A DNA stretch of 64,000 bases from a virus: positions 14,729 to 78,728 of IMG/VR virus record IMGVR_UViG_3300042503_000110. One strand, 5' to 3'. The stretch's first letter is position 1. Each line of letters starts with the position of its first letter. Position numbers and translations under genes: made by a program. The notes under the pieces are model-generated. The model was not told where the DNA came from, ran no database searches, and saw only the letters and a list, made by a program, of their open reading frames with translations. This document shows, piece after piece, positions 8,316-18,019 of this stretch.

Positions 8316-8445
8316 CACACAACCCCAGAACCAAACCACAATCACTAATGGCTGTGGTGGCAAAAAAGGCACTAAATGCGGAGTAGAACTTTACATTATG
8401 CCTCATGACTCTCAAATCAGCATAACCAAAGCTGTTAAAAAGTAA
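8302..8445 (+). CDS. Small hypothetical protein (47 aa), absent from the ORF track
   Basis: ATG 8302 to TAA 8445 (MNKTNTQ...GCGGKKGTKCGVELY...) fills the gap between neighbouring genes. Confidence 0.5.
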   Translation: MNKTNTQPQNQTTITNGCGGKKGTKCGVELYIMPHDSQISITKAVKK

Positions 8446-8452
8446 TCAGACA

Positions 8453-8668
8453 ATGCAAACCAACCAACCGAAGTCTTCTAGAAGGGAAAAAGAAATCATT
8501 CAACCCTCTAAAACATTCCAAGATTCTTTGTTCTCTGTAACAAAGGTTTTTTGGAAAGCTGGTTATCAGTATAGCCAGAAGGGAAAGAATGAAGATTTTT
8601 ATGCTACTCTTCTAGAGGACTTTATGAATTTATCCTACCAAGAATTTTTAACCAAATATGGCGAATAA
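8453..8668 (+). CDS. Hypothetical protein
   Basis: Compact ORF overlapping the next gene. Confidence 0.55.
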   Translation: MQTNQPKSSRREKEIIQPSKTFQDSLFSVTKVFWKAGYQYSQKGKNEDFYATLLEDFMNLSYQEFLTKYGE

Positions 8669-8972
8669 AAAGCAAACATACGTATCAGCAGAACTAGAAT
8701 GGGCAGAATCTAAACTAGCCGAATGGCGAGCGTACATAGATAACAACCCTATCAATACTCTGAAGGACAGAATAGAATGGAAGCCAACATCCAAAGGTGG
8801 AACCATGCCTATGGTAATTGCCTCAATCGAGAGTCAGATTAAATCTCTTAGAGATACCATGAAAGAGTACCTAGCCTTACTAGATGTTGTAGATAAGCTT
8901 AGAGAAAAAGAAGAAGCCAAACAAGAGGCTCGTGGTTCTCAAGAGATTAACGGTAAAATGAAAAACTTTTAA
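8658..8972 (+). CDS. Helical protein directly upstream of terminase (candidate small terminase)
   Basis: Position 2 nt before the large terminase; coiled-coil character. Confidence 0.45.
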   Translation: MANKKQTYVSAELEWAESKLAEWRAYIDNNPINTLKDRIEWKPTSKGGTMPMVIASIESQIKSLRDTMKEYLALLDVVDKLREKEEAKQEARGSQEINGKMKNF

Positions 8973-8974
8973 GT

Positions 8975-10987
8975 ATGCATTTAGACAGTCCAGAATTTTT
9001 AATTAACGTAAAGTCTTTGCCTGACCCAGAGTCAGCAGAGTATACTGCGTTTTGGCAAAATGAGGACAAAAAGATAAATGAAGGAGTAACTATAAATGGT
9101 TTCTACTTTTCTCCTTTTGTATACTGGCATTTAAATTTTGGGGCCTTATACATTGACGAAAAGGTAGGAAATAGAAATATAAGGAAACTAGGTAAGCCCC
9201 AGTTATGGGATACATACCTAGAAGTGGATGATGCGATTTACCGCGCAGAGAATCACCCAGATGGAAAGAAAGGTCTGGTGATAGTAGGTAGTCGACGTAT
9301 TTCAAAAACCATTCTTACATCTTCATACATTGCCCATAAGGCAATTACACTTCAGGGAGGGGACAATCTAATTTCCGCTCTAAACCAACCTGACTTGAAT
9401 AACACTACTCAAGCCGTGGATCTTATTTTGCGTAACCTCCCTGATTATTTTAGATTCCCCCGTATTGAAGACGACTGGAAACGTCAAGTAACTTTAGGTT
9501 ACAAAGACAAAAAGTCCAACGCAAGACACGAGTGGTCTAAGATACATGTAAGAAACTTTGACGAAGGGAACAATACGGAAGCAGCAGCAGGTCTTACTCT
9601 ATCCTCTTTCATGCTTGAAGAAGCAGGTAAAGGCAGAATCTTGAACTGCTTGGCTGCGACTATCCCATGTTTTGACTCACCTTATGGATGGCGTTGTTCT
9701 CCTATTGTAATTGGAACATCGGGAGACATGACTAAGGCAGGAGACTTAGAAGAACTTTTTAATAACCCTGACGCATATAACTTTCTTCCCGTAGCTGTAG
9801 AAGAGTCTGGAAAGTCTTACGGACTATTTGTCCCAGGAACAAAGTCTCTTAAAGTACCTAAAGAACCAACTCCTCTTGGACTTTACCTAGAGAAAGAAGA
9901 TCCTTCTGAACTAGATAACATTACTATTTGGGTAGCCAACCAAGACAAGGGTAAGGAAATGATTATAAAGAACAGGGAGCAAGTTAAAAAAGCCTCTGGT
10001 CTTGAAGCTTATCTAAAGGAGGTCATGTACTACCCGCTCACGCACGAGGAGTGTTTTATGGAAATGTCACAGAACATTTTTCCTGTAGACCTTCTTCAGG
10101 AGCAATTACAGAAACTTGTAGCAAATGAAGTACGTGCAGATTTTGTAGAATTGTACGTAAAGCCTGATGGAAAAGTAGGACACAAGTTCACGGATAAAAA
10201 GCCTGTAGAAAACTTTCCAACTAAACCAGCAGATAATCTAGAAGGCGTAACCCAAATATGGGAGTATCCTATTCTAGATGCACCTTATGGACTTTATACA
10301 GCAGGGACTGACCCATACAAACAATCTCAAGCACAATACTCTACTTCATTAGGATCTACTTACATTTATAAAAGAGTTCATAATCTTTCAGGTGAAGGTT
10401 GGCAGAATATTGTTGTGGCCGCATACACAGGTCGTCCTAAGAAGATTGACATGTGGTACGAGAATACCAAGAACCTATTAAAATTCTATAATGCCAAGAG
10501 TCTTTGTGAAAACATGGACTATGGTTTTATTCAACACTGCGTAGAGAAAAATGAAGGTGCACGTATTCTAGAACGTACTCCATCATTCTTAACGGACATC
10601 CACCCCAACTCTATGGTAAACCGTGACTACGGAATACACATGACCAAAGAGATTAAGGCTTATCTACTAGGTCTTATTATCGAGTATATAACTGAAGTCA
10701 TTGATGTAGAGCGTGATGCAGCAGGAAATATTACAAAAGAACGCTTAGGTGTAACTAGAATTTTAGATCCCCTTTTGATAAAAGAATTAATAAAATATAC
10801 ACCAAAACTCAATGTTGACCGTATTATTGCATTTGGTTTGACATTGGCTATGACTCGAAGTCTTTCTAATAAAATTACCATCCATAGTAATGCAGAGGAC
10901 GACAGGATTAGAGAATACTTTCAAACCAAAAAAACTTCTAGTCCATTTAGGATTGGAGGATCAACACCATTTTCAAGATTTAGATAA
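8975..10987 (+). CDS. terL: Terminase large subunit
   Basis: Walker A-like GSRRISKT, Walker B FMLEEAG, coupling motif IGTSG, RNase H-like GTDPY...DRIIAF; precedes portal. Confidence 0.9.
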   Translation: MHLDSPEFLINVKSLPDPESAEYTAFWQNEDKKINEGVTINGFYFSPFVYWHLNFGALYIDEKVGNRNIRKLGKPQLWDTYLEVDDAIYRAENHPDGKKGLVIVGSRRISKTILTSSYIAHKAITLQGGDNLISALNQPDLNNTTQAVDLILRNLPDYFRFPRIEDDWKRQVTLGYKDKKSNARHEWSKIHVRNFDEGNNTEAAAGLTLSSFMLEEAGKGRILNCLAATIPCFDSPYGWRCSPIVIGTSGDMTKAGDLEELFNNPDAYNFLPVAVEESGKSYGLFVPGTKSLKVPKEPTPLGLYLEKEDPSELDNITIWVANQDKGKEMIIKNREQVKKASGLEAYLKEVMYYPLTHEECFMEMSQNIFPVDLLQEQLQKLVANEVRADFVELYVKPDGKVGHKFTDKKPVENFPTKPADNLEGVTQIWEYPILDAPYGLYTAGTDPYKQSQAQYSTSLGSTYIYKRVHNLSGEGWQNIVVAAYTGRPKKIDMWYENTKNLLKFYNAKSLCENMDYGFIQHCVEKNEGARILERTPSFLTDIHPNSMVNRDYGIHMTKEIKAYLLGLIIEYITEVIDVERDAAGNITKERLGVTRILDPLLIKELIKYTPKLNVDRIIAFGLTLAMTRSLSNKITIHSNAEDDRIREYFQTKKTSSPFRIGGSTPFSRFR

Positions 10988-10995
10988 CTACAACT

Positions 10996-13440
10996 ATGAT
11001 AATTGAAGCTTTAAAAGAATACAATGACCCGCTAAATCATGCGTATTTTTATCCTAAACAGTTTGTAACTAGGAAGGAAAAAGGCACTGAGCAGTTTATT
11101 AAGTCTACTTTAGACTACTTTGCTAACATTGCTTTTGCTCAGTACAAACAAAATATACAATTCCGTAAAAACTATAGATTGTTTAACGGTGAATTTAACT
11201 TTGAGGATTATGTTAATCAGCCAGAGTTCAAAGAGATTCTTGATTACTTGGCAGATGTACCTGACCAAGAGCCTGAAGTTCCTCAGTATCTTAAACATTA
11301 TTCTATAGTAACTCCGCCAATTAACCAACTTAAAGGTGAATTGATTAATCGCCCACACAAGTACAAGGTAAAGGCAGTAGACGATGCGGCTATAGAAGAG
11401 ACAATTGATTTCAGAACTAATCTCCTTAAAGACTATTTCTTAAATCAACTACAAGCTAAGCTAGAAGGCCAGCCTATATCTCCTGAAGAGATGGCTGCTC
11501 AAGAACAAGAGATTCAAAACAAAATTTTAGACTATACTTCTTTAGCAGAAGAGTGGGGTAATAAAACATTAACTGCACTTAAGTATCACTTTAACTTTAA
11601 AGAGAAATCAGCGCAGGCTTTTCTTGATTTCTTAATTACAGGTAAAGAGTATCACCACTTCTATCCAGATAACTCTCGTGTAGGTTATAGTTACAAAGTA
11701 GAGAACCCTTCAAACGTTTGGTACTTAGCAAATCGTAATGCTATCTACACAGATGATTGTTGGGCAATTGGAACTATTGAAGTTCTTTCTGTTTCTGAGA
11801 TTCTTGCACGTTACCAATTAACAGGAGAGGAAGTTGAGCATCTTGAAACCAGAGCAATCCAGAATCTTCGTAACAACGAATATTCTCCACTAGCTCCAGC
11901 ACTTCCTAACCCTAACGATCCTTTGTGGCAGTTGACCTTCGAAAACGTAGGTGACTTTGCTAACGGAGGTATTGACCATAACGTATTCTCGTTTAACTCT
12001 CAGCACGCCTTTACAGTAGTTACTTGTTACTGGCAGTCTAAGAAGTTAATCTACAAAAGAACTTTCCTAGATGAGCAAGGCTTCCAGCAAGAAATGTTTG
12101 TAAACGAAGATTACAAGTTTGACAAACGTATGGGAGATGTATCTCTTGAAGAGATTTGGATTAACGAGTGGTGGAGAGGAATTAAGATAGGAGCAGATAT
12201 CTACATCAACGTAGAGCCTTTAGAGTATCTTTCTTCGAGTCCTATTGTAGGAGTAATCAACACAGCACGTAATACTCAAGGTAAATCTTTCTTAGACTTG
12301 CTTAAGCCGTACCAGATTCTTTATAACATTGCAATGAACCAATTGTGGGAGTTGCTTGAAAAAGAAATAGGTGTTGTGTTCCTAGGTGACTTGAAGGTGA
12401 TTCCTAAGAAAGATTCTCAAGACCCTATTGAGATGCTTTTGTGGAACGCTAAGAACAGAGGTACATTGTTTATCGATACTTCTATTGAGAATACAGGAGG
12501 TGCAGTTCAGTTTAACCAAATGTCTCGCGTAGACCTTTCTCGTTCTGCTGAGATACAGACTCGTATTCAATTAGCACAAATCTTAAGAAACGAAGCTTAT
12601 GAATTGATTGGTATTACTCGTCAGCGTTTAGGAGCAACTCAACCTTCAGAAACTGCTACAGCTACCAACCATGCAATGGTACAATCTTTTGCACAGACTG
12701 AAACTTGGTTTGCTTGGCACGACACTATTCTTCAAAAAGTCTATCAGACTATTCTAGATATGACTCAATACATAGAGTTGCAGAAGCCAACTTCTACATT
12801 AAACTATCTTAACTCTGAATTAGAGAATGTCTTTCTCCAGATTACGAAAGATGAACTTCTTCACGAGTTATTTGTGTTTGTAACTTCATACGCAGAAGAT
12901 AAAGCTACTCTTGACCAATTGAAACAGTTGGCACAACCTGCAATGCAGAACGGAGCCGAGCTTATCGAGATGCTTGACTTGTTTACTGCATCATCTGAAA
13001 GAAACTTACGTAAGACTCTAGAAGATGTACAGAAGCGTAAGCAAGCAATGATGGAGCAACAGAACCAGTTGAAGCAACAAGAGATGGCTCAACAGCAAGA
13101 ACAGTTCCAGCAAAAAATGCAAATGGACGCTGCTGAAAAAGCTGAACAGGCTCGTCGTGATGATATGAACAAAGAACTTGACAGACAAAACCGCCTAGAA
13201 GTTGAAAAGCTTAGAGGTATTGCAAACGAAGGTTCGTTTAATCCAACAGCAGACACAACTGATTTGCTAATCAAACAAACGTCTCTATCTCAACAAATCT
13301 CTAAGGATGCTTTTGAAAAAGCAACCAAGCAAAGACAAAACTCTTTAAAAGAAAGAGAACTTGATCTTAAAGAGAAGGAGATAGACACTAGTCTTCAGAT
13401 AGCAAAAACCAATAAAAACAAGTATGATAAGAAAAAGTAA
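10996..13440 (+). CDS. Portal protein (crAss-like)
   Basis: 814 aa following TerL; INEWWRGIKIG, LLKPYQILYNI, GITRQRLG, Gln-rich crown and C-terminal KTNKNKYD typical of crAss portals. Confidence 0.85.
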   Translation: MIIEALKEYNDPLNHAYFYPKQFVTRKEKGTEQFIKSTLDYFANIAFAQYKQNIQFRKNYRLFNGEFNFEDYVNQPEFKEILDYLADVPDQEPEVPQYLKHYSIVTPPINQLKGELINRPHKYKVKAVDDAAIEETIDFRTNLLKDYFLNQLQAKLEGQPISPEEMAAQEQEIQNKILDYTSLAEEWGNKTLTALKYHFNFKEKSAQAFLDFLITGKEYHHFYPDNSRVGYSYKVENPSNVWYLANRNAIYTDDCWAIGTIEVLSVSEILARYQLTGEEVEHLETRAIQNLRNNEYSPLAPALPNPNDPLWQLTFENVGDFANGGIDHNVFSFNSQHAFTVVTCYWQSKKLIYKRTFLDEQGFQQEMFVNEDYKFDKRMGDVSLEEIWINEWWRGIKIGADIYINVEPLEYLSSSPIVGVINTARNTQGKSFLDLLKPYQILYNIAMNQLWELLEKEIGVVFLGDLKVIPKKDSQDPIEMLLWNAKNRGTLFIDTSIENTGGAVQFNQMSRVDLSRSAEIQTRIQLAQILRNEAYELIGITRQRLGATQPSETATATNHAMVQSFAQTETWFAWHDTILQKVYQTILDMTQYIELQKPTSTLNYLNSELENVFLQITKDELLHELFVFVTSYAEDKATLDQLKQLAQPAMQNGAELIEMLDLFTASSERNLRKTLEDVQKRKQAMMEQQNQLKQQEMAQQQEQFQQKMQMDAAEKAEQARRDDMNKELDRQNRLEVEKLRGIANEGSFNPTADTTDLLIKQTSLSQQISKDAFEKATKQRQNSLKERELDLKEKEIDTSLQIAKTNKNKYDKKK

Positions 13441-13442
13441 GA

Positions 13443-13463
13443 AGCCAAATTTACAGTTTGGCT
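13443..13463 (+). other. Stem-loop just after the portal stop (weak terminator or mRNA stabiliser)
   Basis: AGCCAAA-tttacag-TTTGGCT with no adjacent U-tract. Confidence 0.35.
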
Positions 13464-13490
13464 ATAATAATCACGACTTTTTTTAACTTG

Positions 13491-13520
13491 TTGAATTAAT
13501 TTTTTTAAACATTAATTTTG
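13491..13520 (+). promoter_or_regulatory. Bacteroidota-type promoter for scaffold/capsid genes
   Basis: TTG 13491-13493, N19, TAATTTTG 13513-13520. Confidence 0.75.
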
Positions 13521-13539
13521 AACTAACCAAACCAACCAC

Positions 13540-14712
13540 ATGATAACAAATGACAATCCACTAGAAAGTCTAGAGTTCTTAGATTTACTATCAGGAGAAG
13601 ATCCAATTGATTCTCCCGCCTATGACCCCAACAAGAATATCGCACCTGATATTCTTTCTGGCAAACCATTAACTCCTCCAGATGATAATTTGGATGACGA
13701 AGATGAAGATGACGATACATCTAGTTCTAACGATGAGCCACCAGCTCCCGCACAGAAAACTCAAAGTCAACCTCCTGCAAATGAACCTGCAGATGAGGAT
13801 GAACCTTTAGATGATGATGAGGACGATGATGACATCAACTACTTTGAAACCTTTGGAAAAGGATTAATCAAAGCAGGAATGTTGGAAGTAGGAGAAGGAG
13901 AAGATCCAGAAAAGATTGAGTGGACTGAAGAAACTTTCTTAAATAAGATGGAAGAAACCATTGAGAAGAAAGCTTGGGATACTTTAGAAAGCATTGCTTT
14001 GGAAACTTACGGAGAAGCAGGAGTTAAACTTGTTGAGGACTTATTTATAAATAAAGTTCCAGTTAACGAGTACTTGACTATGTTCCGTAACGAAGAGGTT
14101 GTAGCTAACATTGACTTGAACAGTGAAATGAATCAAGAAAGAGTTGTACGTCTCTACCTAGCAAAGACAGGAATGGAAGAAGAAGAAATCGACGATCAGA
14201 TTGCTTATGCAAAAGATAACGAAAGACTTCCTTCTTACGCTAAAAAGTATCACGGAAAACTGCTTGAGAGAATGGAGTATGAGCGTCAAACTATGGCACA
14301 AGAAAGTGCTGCTAGAGTAGAGGCCGCTCAACAGAAAGAACAAGAGCGTCAAGAGTTGTATGCTAATGTTCTTGAGAAATCCATTAAGGACGGATCAATT
14401 GAAGGATATCCTATAAACGAAAACTCTGCTGGGGAGTTGTTTGATTTTGTTTTAGCTAAATCAGTACAATTACCTAACGGACAAAAAATCAGCGAATTTG
14501 AATACAAACTAGCTGTAATGCGTCAAGAGGATCCATCTAAATTTTTAGCTGTAGCAAGACTAGTTCAGAACGGCCTAGACTTGAGTCCAATTAAAAAGAA
14601 AGGTGTATCTGAAGAGACAAACTCAATTTTCAACGAATTGAGAACCAAAACTAAAAAGCCCGCCAAGAGCAACAAGTCTGACCAAGACATGTTCTCTAGG
14701 TACTTTAAATAA
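13540..14712 (+). CDS. Acidic scaffolding-like protein preceding the major capsid protein
   Basis: Very D/E-rich N-terminus, coiled-coil body, position between portal and MCP as in crAss-like phages. Confidence 0.6.
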   Translation: MITNDNPLESLEFLDLLSGEDPIDSPAYDPNKNIAPDILSGKPLTPPDDNLDDEDEDDDTSSSNDEPPAPAQKTQSQPPANEPADEDEPLDDDEDDDDINYFETFGKGLIKAGMLEVGEGEDPEKIEWTEETFLNKMEETIEKKAWDTLESIALETYGEAGVKLVEDLFINKVPVNEYLTMFRNEEVVANIDLNSEMNQERVVRLYLAKTGMEEEEIDDQIAYAKDNERLPSYAKKYHGKLLERMEYERQTMAQESAARVEAAQQKEQERQELYANVLEKSIKDGSIEGYPINENSAGELFDFVLAKSVQLPNGQKISEFEYKLAVMRQEDPSKFLAVARLVQNGLDLSPIKKKGVSEETNSIFNELRTKTKKPAKSNKSDQDMFSRYFK

Positions 14713-14732
14713 TAACATAAACTAAAAGAACT

Positions 14733-16277
14733 ATGCCAAATCAAAACATTCCAAGAGTCAATGGGCGAGTGATAGCTAACGCCCACATGACTAGTTCTTA
14801 CTATTCCAAAAATGGTTTGAACAAACTGACCGACAAAAACTTTGTCGAAACTATGTTGCGTACTAAGCCTGACCAGTATGACAAAATGATGATTCGTTTG
14901 TTTACAGACACTCGTTTGTATTCTAACGATTTGATCGATCTTGTTATGAAGTCTGGCAAGCCCTTCATGGTAAACGATCCTAATGGTGTTTTCACCTACA
15001 AGATTAAGAAACGCGCTGAACTTCCTAAAGTTGTAGCTGCTTACTCTGCTGGTACTACTTCAGCTTTGCCTGCAAAGCCTGGTATCGACGGACAAGAGTT
15101 TGACATTATCCTTGACAAGCAAGTATTTGCTGTTAACGATATTATCACTTCTCACCGTTACGAGCAAGAGGTTCAAGTTCAGATTGTGTCTGAAGGTGAG
15201 CGTTTTCAAAATGCTTTCCGTTATCGTTGCCGTGCTGCTGGTGCTAACTCTGCTGATTTCGTAAGCTCACGCTTCTTGACAGTAGGGGTTGAGTACTTCA
15301 AAGTTGGTAACGTATTGGGTGAGTTCTCTACTAGCTTCTCTGGTTTAGGCTTGTTCGATGGTCACTTAGAAGTTATGGCTGATGTTCTTAACCAATATGG
15401 TGTAGAGCATACCATCACTGACTGGGCTGATGCTACCAAATTAGGTGCACAAACTGACGCTTCTGGTAATCCTTTGGATATCACTTACTACTCTGTAACT
15501 GATCCTAACGCTGAAGGTGAGAAAACCAAAATCGTTGGTTGGGAGCCTACAGTATCTAGATTGCTTCGTATGGAGATGATGCGCATGCGTGCGAACATGT
15601 TGATGTGGGGTCGTCAAGGTAACACTAAAGATGAAAAAGGTCGTCCAACTCGTTTGAAGCCAGGTTTGTGGCAGCAATTGCACTTGGGTAACGTTATCTA
15701 CTATGATCGCGGTCAATTCAGCTTGAACCTTTTGCGTTCTGCAATCGGTGACTTGTTCTACAACCGTGTGAAAGTATCTGAGCGTTATGTAAAAGTATAC
15801 ACTAACCGTGCAGGTATGGAATTGGCTTCATCTGCAATGCGTAAAGACTTCAACAACTCTAACTTCATGTTGTCTGCTGACAAATTCATGGATGGTAAAG
15901 ATCGTTTGAAGCAAGGTTACGCTTTACAGTTTGACCACTTCATGACTACTGAAACTGGTCCTGTTGAGTTCATCGAACTTGAACAATTGAACGAGCATGC
16001 TACTTTCTTGGAATTAGGTCCTAATAAGAAAGTTCCACCAATTTTCATCATCATGGACGTGAGCAACGAAGGTGGCTCTAACATCCGCGAGGTGAAATTG
16101 TCAACTCGTCCTAACATGTACTACCAGTACATCCCTGGTTCAGTAGGTTTCGGAAGTCAACAAACTGTAATTGCTAACAAAGATCCTTATAGCACTTACA
16201 TCATGAAAGACTTCTGCGGTATCTTCTTGGAAGATCCAACCAGAACTGTAATCATTAAAGAATACCCACGCCTCTAA
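14733..16277 (+). CDS. Major capsid protein (crAss-like)
   Basis: 514 aa, synteny, strong high-expression codon bias, GLWQQL and GIFLEDPTRT motifs, followed by a strong hairpin. Confidence 0.85.
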   Translation: MPNQNIPRVNGRVIANAHMTSSYYSKNGLNKLTDKNFVETMLRTKPDQYDKMMIRLFTDTRLYSNDLIDLVMKSGKPFMVNDPNGVFTYKIKKRAELPKVVAAYSAGTTSALPAKPGIDGQEFDIILDKQVFAVNDIITSHRYEQEVQVQIVSEGERFQNAFRYRCRAAGANSADFVSSRFLTVGVEYFKVGNVLGEFSTSFSGLGLFDGHLEVMADVLNQYGVEHTITDWADATKLGAQTDASGNPLDITYYSVTDPNAEGEKTKIVGWEPTVSRLLRMEMMRMRANMLMWGRQGNTKDEKGRPTRLKPGLWQQLHLGNVIYYDRGQFSLNLLRSAIGDLFYNRVKVSERYVKVYTNRAGMELASSAMRKDFNNSNFMLSADKFMDGKDRLKQGYALQFDHFMTTETGPVEFIELEQLNEHATFLELGPNKKVPPIFIIMDVSNEGGSNIREVKLSTRPNMYYQYIPGSVGFGSQQTVIANKDPYSTYIMKDFCGIFLEDPTRTVIIKEYPRL

Positions 16278-16285
16278 TCTAGGCG

Positions 16286-16325
16286 GTCTCTAGAGGGGGA
16301 GCCGAAAACTCCCCCTTACAGGGAC
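16286..16325 (+). terminator. GC-rich stem-loop after MCP (leaky terminator or mRNA stabiliser)
   Basis: AGGGGGAG-ccgaaaa-CTCCCCCT (16294-16316), extended by GTCTCT/AGGGAC; short U-run. Confidence 0.6.
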
Positions 16326-16353
16326 ATAGATTAAACAAAAACAAAAACCAACC

Positions 16354-17292
16354 ATGACTAAAGAATTATTAAAGGGAGTGCGTATAATCCGCCCTTACAA
16401 AAAATCGATCTCTAATCCTCGCACATTAGAAGGATCATTAGCCCAAAACGGCTACAACTTTATCCCAGGAACTGCTCGAAAGTTTTATCCGAGAGTAGAT
16501 TCAAGGGGTGTAATAAGAACAGGACTCGATGAAAACTCTCCGAAGTTGAAAGGAATCCTGGACTTAAAAACAAGGGAACAAGAAACTGCACGAGTTAAGC
16601 AATTAAAAGAGTACTACGAATCTTTGCTTGACGAGTCACTTGAACCTAACAGTACGTTCTATGACGAAATAAAAGAAAATGGAATTAACCTCGAGGACGG
16701 AGATAACATTTTTAATATGGACAATCCAAGAGATGCAGTAAACTTTTACTGGTTGATGGAGACAGAAATGGTTGCACCTAGTTTAGATGCAATTGAGTCT
16801 GGCGAAACTGACGGATCTATGGTAAGATTTTACGTATTTGATGGAACCGTTGAGACTAAGAGTACATTTGAACGCAAGAAGCGTATTAACAGTGCGATTG
16901 CGGCTTTAGATAAAATGAGCCAAATCAAACGTAAGAAAGTTCAAAAGCTTATTGGCTTAGGTCTTTCTAATACAGCTTCCGAGGAAGAAGTATACAATGC
17001 AGTGGATGAGTACTTAAGAACTCCTTCAACTGCTTTGGGACTTGATCCTATAGAAAACTTTATGAGAATCATGAATTACAGTGATGACTTGTTAGATGTC
17101 AAATCTTTGATTCGCGATCTTGTAGACACAAACATTGTCCGTGTAAAAGGTTCTGTAGTTTACGAAGGTGAGCATGTGTGGGCTAAATCAGCAGAGGAGT
17201 TTGAACTTCTTTTGGTTGACCCTAAGAACACCGTAGAATACGATTCTTTCAAAGACAAGTTAAAACAAAAACTAAAGATTAATACCTTATAA
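16354..17292 (+). CDS. Conserved crAss-like protein downstream of MCP
   Basis: Synteny; 312 aa. Confidence 0.6.
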   Translation: MTKELLKGVRIIRPYKKSISNPRTLEGSLAQNGYNFIPGTARKFYPRVDSRGVIRTGLDENSPKLKGILDLKTREQETARVKQLKEYYESLLDESLEPNSTFYDEIKENGINLEDGDNIFNMDNPRDAVNFYWLMETEMVAPSLDAIESGETDGSMVRFYVFDGTVETKSTFERKKRINSAIAALDKMSQIKRKKVQKLIGLGLSNTASEEEVYNAVDEYLRTPSTALGLDPIENFMRIMNYSDDLLDVKSLIRDLVDTNIVRVKGSVVYEGEHVWAKSAEEFELLLVDPKNTVEYDSFKDKLKQKLKINTL

Positions 17293-18008
17293 TGATACCT
17301 GTTCAAGAGTTGATATACGAGTTTAAACTGATGATTAACAAAGTTAATCGCCAGGACAATGTGGATATTCCAGTTGAGGATATTATCATTTATTTGAATC
17401 GTGCTCAACTCTCTTGGGTTAAAACTAAGATTAACCCTAACAACGTATACAAAACAGGGTATGAGTCTATTAGGAAACGTATTGATGACTTGCAGACCTT
17501 AAAGGTTACTAATGCAAAACTCAATGCAATTAAAACGAATGATACTTATCTAGTAGGCTATGAGTGCCCATTAGACCAAGCAGCAGATTATATGTTCTAC
17601 GTATCTGGCCACTGTGCTGCCACAAAAAACAAATGTGTGCAGAACATTGGAATAGATTTAGTAAAGCAAGGAGACATCCGAACCATGTATTTTGACGCGA
17701 ACTTTAGCCCTTCATTTGAATGGAGAAGCACACTAGCTACCATAGGCGATGATAAGTTGTACGTATATACTGGAGAGGAGTTTACAGTGAATGAAGTCTT
17801 TTTAACTTACTTACGTTATCCTAAAACTATTGATGTTGAAGGTTACGAGAAGTTAGATGGAACTTTATCTAAAGATGTAAACTGTGAACTTCCTGCTTAT
17901 GCTAAATATGATATAGTAGATTTAGCCGTAAAATTTGCAGCACAATCTAATGATAATCAAACTCAGGCATTATTTGCCGAAGATAGGTTCGTTAAACACT
18001 CTGAATAA
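17292..18008 (+). CDS. Tail ring / head-tail adaptor protein
   Basis: YLNRAQ, YLRYPK..., CELP..IVDLAV pattern of crAss ring proteins. Confidence 0.6.
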   Translation: MIPVQELIYEFKLMINKVNRQDNVDIPVEDIIIYLNRAQLSWVKTKINPNNVYKTGYESIRKRIDDLQTLKVTNAKLNAIKTNDTYLVGYECPLDQAADYMFYVSGHCAATKNKCVQNIGIDLVKQGDIRTMYFDANFSPSFEWRSTLATIGDDKLYVYTGEEFTVNEVFLTYLRYPKTIDVEGYEKLDGTLSKDVNCELPAYAKYDIVDLAVKFAAQSNDNQTQALFAEDRFVKHSE

Positions 18009-18019
18009 TATAAAATAAC

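Noticed and set aside
8975-16277. Introns or inteins in terminase, portal or capsid genes
   Set aside because: ORFs are contiguous and of normal size; no intein or homing-endonuclease motifs seen
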